Origin: an uncultured delta proteobacterium
Lineage (GTDB): Bacteria; Myxococcota_A; Polyangia; Fen-1088
Length of the DNA: 64,000 nt
Assembly: GCA_963767925.1 (NCBI GenBank)
Contig: CAVYGB010000008.1
Coordinates: 2,400,001 to 2,464,000 of the forward strand
Direction: 5' to 3'
Shown: positions 57,236-64,000 of the stretch, piece by piece
Numbering within the stretch: the stretch's first letter is position 1
Layout of the letters: every line of letters begins with the position of its first letter
Notes under the pieces: model-generated
What the model was told of the DNA's origin: nothing
The model's input: only the letters and a program-made list of their open reading frames with translations
The model's database searches: none
Position numbers and translations under genes: made by a program

Positions 57236-57268
57236 GACGACGGTCGCCCCGTCAAATAGGGACGCCCC

Positions 57269-57976
57269 CTAGCGCAGGACGATCGGTTCGGGGGGGAGGG
57301 CTTCGAGGGGCTGGCGCTTGGCGCTCTCGCTGTCCGCCCGCTTGGCGGCGGCGGCGGTCAGCAGCGGGGCGGTGCCCCGGTCGCGCAGGAACTCGAGGAA
57401 GACCAGCGCCGAGGGCAGCTCCGCGGCCGGGATCTCGTCGAGTAGATCGCGGGCCTGCCGGCGCAGGATCTCTCCGGGGGCCTCGCCCGAGGGGATGATC
57501 GGTCGCGGCAGCTCGGGTGGCTCCTCCGGTGGCTCCACCCGGCCCCAGGGGGGCGTGTTGGCCACCTGGATCTGCATGTGCTCGAGCCAGGTCTGGATGT
57601 GGAAGTGAAGCAGGTCGGAGCGGTAGGCGAACCAGCGCTCGCGCTCGGCCGGGAAGGCGAGCAGGACGTCCTTGAAGCGACGGAAGGCCCCCTTGCCGTC
57701 GATGGCGACGAGGAGCCGCTCGCGCAAGGCCTGGTCGGCCACCGAGGCGACGAACCGCTCCATCCAGCGGTACTGCTCGCGCGAAGAAGCCGGATCGACC
57801 CGCAGGTACCGTCCCGGGTTGTTCGCGACCTTCGCCCGCCGGGCTGCCGCGTCCGGCTCGCCCTCGATGATGGCCAGTAAGTCGCCGTTCTCGAGGTCGA
57901 GGAAGCTCTCCTGGTCAGGCGAATTGCGTTCGAAAGCGATCTCGAGATCGCTCCAGTTGATGTTTATCGGCGGCAT
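57269..57976 (-). CDS. UPF0158 family protein
   Basis: [11 protein letters not shown]...[34 protein letters not shown]...RERWF. Confidence 0.9.
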   Translation of the reverse strand: MPPININWSDLEIAFERNSPDQESFLDLENGDLLAIIEGEPDAAARRAKVANNPGRYLRVDPASSREQYRWMERFVASVADQALRERLLVAIDGKGAFRRFKDVLLAFPAERERWFAYRSDLLHFHIQTWLEHMQIQVANTPPWGRVEPPEEPPELPRPIIPSGEAPGEILRRQARDLLDEIPAAELPSALVFLEFLRDRGTAPLLTAAAAKRADSESAKRQPLEALPPEPIVLR

Positions 57977-58041
57977 TTTGTCAGTAGCTCCTTCCGGCCC
58001 TCCTCCCACGGAAAGCACAGGAAAGAATGGAATTTCCCCAT

Positions 58042-58070
58042 AGACTAGTTGCGGGACCCAGGGTTTGCAA
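58042..58070 (-). promoter_or_regulatory. Sigma-70-type promoter for the UPF0158 gene
   Basis: Minus strand TTGCAA-N17-TAGTCT. Confidence 0.55.
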
Positions 58071-58322
58071 CGCCTGGGCCCGACGAAGGTTGGCGCGAGC
58101 CCCCCCGACCTCGAGCGTGCGACCCGATCGTCGGGCCGAGCCGGGTCGGCAACGCCTGTGAGCCAATTCGGTGAGCTGCGCGAACACGGTGCGCCCCTCG
58201 ACCGGGTGGCCGACCGCAGGCAGGACCAGGGCCAGCACGAAGACCGGGAATAACATAAGGACCAGCGCTCGGGTGCGCGCCCGAAACGCGCCAGCGAGAG
58301 CACAGGAAGACCATCCGCAGGG

Positions 58323-58351
58323 TTGATCTGGGGCCCGCCAGACGGTAAATT
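58323..58351 (+). promoter_or_regulatory. Sigma-70-type promoter for rpoZ
   Basis: TTGATC-N17-TAAATT, followed by GGGAGG RBS and TTG start. Confidence 0.6.
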
Positions 58352-58378
58352 CATGCGTCCTCGTTTTGGGAGGTTCGC

Positions 58379-58657
58379 TTGGCTCGCGTCACTGTCGAAG
58401 ATTGCCTGGAGAAGGTCCCCAATCGGTTCGCGCTCGTGATTCTCGGGGCCGAACGCGCCCGCCAGCTCGCCGCAGGAGCACGTTCGCTCGTCCGCTGCGA
58501 CAACAAGCCGGCGGTGACATCGCTGCGAGAGATCGCCCGCGGTCACGTTCGCTTCAACGAGGTGGTCGACCAGACGGTTCGCCAGTACCTCGCGGAGGTG
58601 CGCACCCGCGGCAACCGCACGGGCCCCGGCGGCCGATCCGGCTCGGCGGCCCGCTGA
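58379..58657 (+). CDS. rpoZ: RNA polymerase omega subunit
   Basis: [19 protein letters not shown]...RARQL...[12 protein letters not shown]. Confidence 0.96.
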   Translation: MARVTVEDCLEKVPNRFALVILGAERARQLAAGARSLVRCDNKPAVTSLREIARGHVRFNEVVDQTVRQYLAEVRTRGNRTGPGGRSGSAAR

Positions 58658-58685
58658 GGCGGCGCCCGAGTCCGCCGGTCCAGCG

Positions 58686-59960
58686 TCACCCGCGGGCGAC
58701 GAGATAAAACTTCAGGTAATTGCCCTCAGGAAAGCCGGGGGCCACGGGGTAGTCGGGGGGTAGGCCGACGCGTCCGACCACGAGGGCCGGGCAGCGGGCG
58801 GCGGCGCCCCCCTCGGCCAGGGCTCGCTCCACGTCGGCGGCGCTGAGCTTGGTGGCATTGGTCGAGAAGGCCAGTAAACCACCTGGCTCGAGCACGCGCA
58901 GGCAGGCCGCCGCGAGCTGGCCGAGGTCGCGGGTCACGGAGAACGCCGCCCCGGCCCCCTGGCTGTGGGAAAACGTCGGCGGATCGCAGACCACGATGTC
59001 GAAGCGGCGGCCCCGCGAGGCGAAGAGATCGAGGGTCTTGCCCGCCTCGGCGGTGATGGCCTCGATCCGCCCGGGCTCGAGGCCCGACAGCTCGCAGTTG
59101 CGGCGCGCGCGTGCGTGGACCTTGGCTACGGTGTCGACCGCCACCACCTCCCGCGCGCCGGCGGCGACGGCGCGCACCGAGAAGGCGCCGGTGTAGGAGA
59201 ACAGGTTGAGCACCCGACGGTCGGCCGCCCGGGCGGCGACCGCCTCCCGCCCCCCACGCAGGTCGGGAAAGAAGCCCACCCCGAGGGGCGCCGTCACGTC
59301 GACCCCGAAGCGGCAACCCGCCTCCTCGACGATCACCTCCAGGGGCGCCTCGGCGCCGCGCGCGCGCGTCGAGGGCTCGGGTGGCGCCTGGCCGCCGAGG
59401 GGCCGCAGCCGGCGCTGCTCGTACAGGCCCACCGGGTGGACGCTCGCCTCGATGGCGTCGTACAGCTCGTCGCGCCACGGCAAGGCCCCCGCGGTCAACC
59501 ACTGCACGACGACGAAGTCTCCGTAGCGGTCGACGTTCACCCCCGGCAGCCCCTCGCTGTCGCCCGAGAACAGGCGCATGGCGACCGGCTGAGGCCCGGG
59601 GGGCCCCGCGGCGGCGTGCAGCCAGCGGAGCTGGACGGCGCGCTTGAAGCGGTCGGCGATGGCGCCCGCGCCCGGGTGCACGCGCTGCTCGGGATCGCGG
59701 CTCAGGACCCGCACGGCGATGGTGTGGTCCTGGTCCACGAAGCCCCGCCCCACGAACTCCTGGTTGCCGCCCTGCAGCTCGACGAGGCTACCGGTCGCCT
59801 CGGTTATCGCGCGGCCGCCGAGCGCCTCCCGAAACACCCACGGGTGGCCCAGGGCCACCCGTCGCGCCGCGTCCGCCGAGAGACGGTACTGACCGCGGCG
59901 CGAAAAAGGCTCGGTGCTCCGACCACGCGCCGCAGGACGCGATCTCCGGACCGCAGTCAT
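58686..59960 (-). CDS. Class I SAM-dependent rRNA methyltransferase (RlmI/RlmK family)
   Basis: [46 protein letters not shown]. Confidence 0.88.
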   Translation of the reverse strand: MTAVRRSRPAARGRSTEPFSRRGQYRLSADAARRVALGHPWVFREALGGRAITEATGSLVELQGGNQEFVGRGFVDQDHTIAVRVLSRDPEQRVHPGAGAIADRFKRAVQLRWLHAAAGPPGPQPVAMRLFSGDSEGLPGVNVDRYGDFVVVQWLTAGALPWRDELYDAIEASVHPVGLYEQRRLRPLGGQAPPEPSTRARGAEAPLEVIVEEAGCRFGVDVTAPLGVGFFPDLRGGREAVAARAADRRVLNLFSYTGAFSVRAVAAGAREVVAVDTVAKVHARARRNCELSGLEPGRIEAITAEAGKTLDLFASRGRRFDIVVCDPPTFSHSQGAGAAFSVTRDLGQLAAACLRVLEPGGLLAFSTNATKLSAADVERALAEGGAAARCPALVVGRVGLPPDYPVAPGFPEGNYLKFYLVARG

Positions 59961-60005
59961 GACGGCCAGTACCAGATGAATAATGACGGGCGCAAGGCGG
60001 CGCCA

Positions 60006-60034
60006 AAAATAGGGAGGCCCCTGCCCCCTGTCAA
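60006..60034 (-). promoter_or_regulatory. Sigma-70-type promoter for the methyltransferase gene
   Basis: Minus strand TTGACA-N17-TATTTT. Confidence 0.65.
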
Positions 60035-60040
60035 AGCGTG

Positions 60041-60100
60041 TCGCACATTATGTGTGATTGATGCCGAAAAAATTGTGGGATGCGTTGCGCCGGGCAACGC
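60041..60100. promoter_or_regulatory. Two palindromic candidate operators
   Basis: TCGCACATTATGTGTGA (60041-60057, near-perfect inverted repeat) and GCGTTGC-N5-GCAACGC (60082-60100). Confidence 0.5.
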
Positions 60101-60265
60101 TGTTTGGGGGTCACCAGGATTGACTTCGGGCCGTGCTTCCTCGAAAACCTAGCTAGTTGTGCGTGCTGAACCGGGGTCCTCAGGGCGCTCGTAGGGCCTG
60201 GGGCGGAGGTAGGTGCAACTGCTCCAAAGGCGCGGCGCACGTCCATTTTCCGAACTGGAGGTCTC

Positions 60266-61375
60266 ATGTCGTCGAGCTCGCCCCGCAACGCCAACTCCCG
60301 GAGCAAGGCCTCCCCGGCGGAGTCGCGCAAACGGACGCAAGAAGTGGAGACGGGCGACGGCAAGGAGGGCCTGCCCGCCGGAAGCCCAGAGGCGATCACC
60401 CCCTCGCCGGGCGCGACCGCCGCCGAGCTGGCCACCTCCGCCCTCGACGCTGCCGCTGGCGAGGCCCGAGTCGCCGACGAGGTGCCGACCACGGTCGGTT
60501 CAGCGGCCGCCGACCTGGCTCCCGAGGCCCGACCTGCCGAGCCCGCCGAGGAGGCCAGGACCCCGGAGCCCCGGGAGGTCGAGTCCGTCGAGTCCTTTGT
60601 GGGCTCCGAATCGTCGCCCCTCGGGCGCGAGATCCTGGGCGCTGCGCAGGACATGGAGGGCGAGTGGTCGCCCGAGCCGCCGCGCCCGGTGCCCGGAGCG
60701 GCGCCGGCCAGCGCCCTCGAGCTGCTCGACGAGACCGACCTCATCGCCGAGGCCCCCGGCTCGTCCACCAGCGGTCTGATCGTCGTGAGCCCCTCGGCGC
60801 CCCCCACGCGCGACGAGGAGTTCCTCCGCCGGGTGGTCCTGCCCCCCCTGCCCACCACGGCCCCTTCGGGCTCGGTGCCGCGGCAGTCGTATTACGAGGA
60901 GGACACCCAGGACAAGACGGTCATCTCCGACCCTCCGTCCCCCGAGATGGTGGCGAGCTGGGGCCGCCCCTCCCGGGCCGGCGCCACCGCCCGCGCCCTC
61001 CAGCGCCGGATGAAGGCGCCGGTGGCGCTGACCACCCTGGAGCTGCTCGGGCTGCTGACCGGCTCGGCGCTGGCGGGCGGGCTGATCGGGGCGCTCTTCA
61101 TGTCGGTGCCGCAGGCCGCCGCCGACCGGCAGGCCACCCCCCCGGCGCTGGTGGCCTCGCCGGACGAGCCGGCGGCCGCCGCGGTGGCGCCGGCCGTGCC
61201 CCCGATTCCCCCTCCCCTGCCCACGCCCCGGCCCACGGTCGAGTCGCTCAACCCTCCGGAGACCCTCGAGCCGGCCGAGCCGCCGCCCACCACCCAGCGC
61301 GCCCGGAAGAGCTCCCGACGCAGCGCCGCCCGGAAGGCCACCAAGAAGGAATGGGTCGACCCCTTCGAGCAATGA
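60266..61375 (+). CDS. Hypothetical low-complexity single-pass membrane protein
   Basis: GGAGG RBS; acidic Ala/Pro/Glu-rich N-terminus, one TM, Pro-rich region, ends EWVDPFEQ. Confidence 0.7.
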   Translation: MSSSSPRNANSRSKASPAESRKRTQEVETGDGKEGLPAGSPEAITPSPGATAAELATSALDAAAGEARVADEVPTTVGSAAADLAPEARPAEPAEEARTPEPREVESVESFVGSESSPLGREILGAAQDMEGEWSPEPPRPVPGAAPASALELLDETDLIAEAPGSSTSGLIVVSPSAPPTRDEEFLRRVVLPPLPTTAPSGSVPRQSYYEEDTQDKTVISDPPSPEMVASWGRPSRAGATARALQRRMKAPVALTTLELLGLLTGSALAGGLIGALFMSVPQAAADRQATPPALVASPDEPAAAAVAPAVPPIPPPLPTPRPTVESLNPPETLEPAEPPPTTQRARKSSRRSAARKATKKEWVDPFEQ

Positions 61376-61458
61376 GCTCCCGGACCGCGCCCGGTCCACT
61401 CGGCAGGACGACGCGCTAAAGACTCCGCGTCCATCCGTCGACGGCTTATGGGAGACCC

Positions 61459-63157
<1,699 letters not shown>

Positions 63158-63187
63158 CGCGATACCGGACGAGAGCGGGGAGGATCG

Positions 63188-64000
63188 ATGGCGACAGCAG
63201 GGGCACCGAGCGGGCTCAATCTTCAACAGCTCCTGAAGGCCATGGTGGAGAAGGGGGCCTCCGATCTGCACATCACGACCGGTTCGCCGCCGCAGCTGCG
63301 CATCGATGGCTCGCTGGTGCCCCTGCGCACCAACCCCCTCAACCCGGTCGAGACCAAGCAGCTCTGCTACTCGGTGTTGACCGACGAGCAGAAGCTGCGC
63401 TTCGAGGAGGACCTCGAGCTCGACTTCTCCTTCGGGGTGCGGGGGCTGTCCCGCTTCCGCGGCAATCTCTTCATGCAGCGGGGGGCGGTGGGCGGGCGCC
63501 TTCCGCACCATCCCCTTCCAGATCCAGACCTTTCAGGAGCTGGGCCTGCCCCAGGTGCTCGACGAGCTGTGCAACAAGCCGCGCGGGCCTGGTGCTGGTG
63601 ACGGGCCCCACCGGGTCGGGCAAGTCGACGACCCTGGCCGCCATGATCGACAAGATCAACACGCGAGCGGCACGAGCACATCATCACGATCGAAGACCCC
63701 ATCGAGTACCTGCACTCGCACAAGAACTGCGTGATCAACCAGCGCGAGATCGGCACCGACACCAACTCGTTCAAGCAGGCGCTCAAGCACATCCTGCGGC
63801 AGGACCCGGACGTCGTGCTGGTGGGCGAGATGCGCGACCTCGAGACCATCGAGGCGGCGCTGGTCACGGCCGAGACCGGCCACCTCGTGTTCGCCACCCT
63901 GCACACCAACTCGGCCGCTGCAGACCATCAACCGCATCATCGACGTCTTTCCGCCCCACCAGCAGTCGCAGATCCGCGCCCAGCTGTCGTTCGTGCTCGA
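63188..64000 (+). CDS. pilT: Type IV pilus retraction ATPase PilT, partial and frameshifted
   Basis: [59 protein letters not shown]. Confidence 0.93.

Noticed and set aside
57089..57253. Retron msr-msd or integron attC site
   Set aside because: No reverse transcriptase or integrase in the window and no RYYYAAC/GTTRRRY ends
58050..58340. tmRNA, RNase P RNA or SRP RNA upstream of rpoZ
   Set aside because: No tRNA-like ends, no GAGGAAAGUCC, and no SRP helix-8 motif

Overview
High-GC chromosomal window from a myxobacterium-like organism (Myxococcota; inferred from eukaryotic-type Ser/Thr kinases, PEGA and Cys-rich lipoproteins, a giant TPR protein, an AgmX/PglI-like protein and pilB-pilT). It holds about 48 CDS: thiO, apbE, an APC-USP transporter, transketolase, queD, a pdhABC-lpdA operon, a non-phosphorylative L-fucose-type sugar pathway split over two loci, a MacAB-like exporter with no ATPase gene, a DUF4912-GH57-glgA glycogen operon, a kinase/pseudokinase-PAP2-giant TPR cluster, rmuC with a PLD-family gene, rpoZ and the start of the type IV pilus locus. 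No rRNA, tRNA, CRISPR array, transposase or integrase was recognised. Many conserved genes carry small indels that look like consensus or assembly errors rather than true pseudogenes. The most interesting signals are: (1) a DUF4912 protein ending in 14 tandem 'xxxxGASE' aromatic/Arg octapeptides at the head of the glycogen operon; (2) a close bacterial look-alike of human HSD17B14 inside a fucose cluster, with a second part of the pathway attached to the PDH operon; (3) an unannotated ~145-nt rod-like hairpin at 57.1-57.2 kb; (4) a probable pseudokinase paired with an active kinase; (5) a PLD nuclease with a Cys-rich tail next to rmuC. All family assignments come from motif recognition by eye, not database searches.
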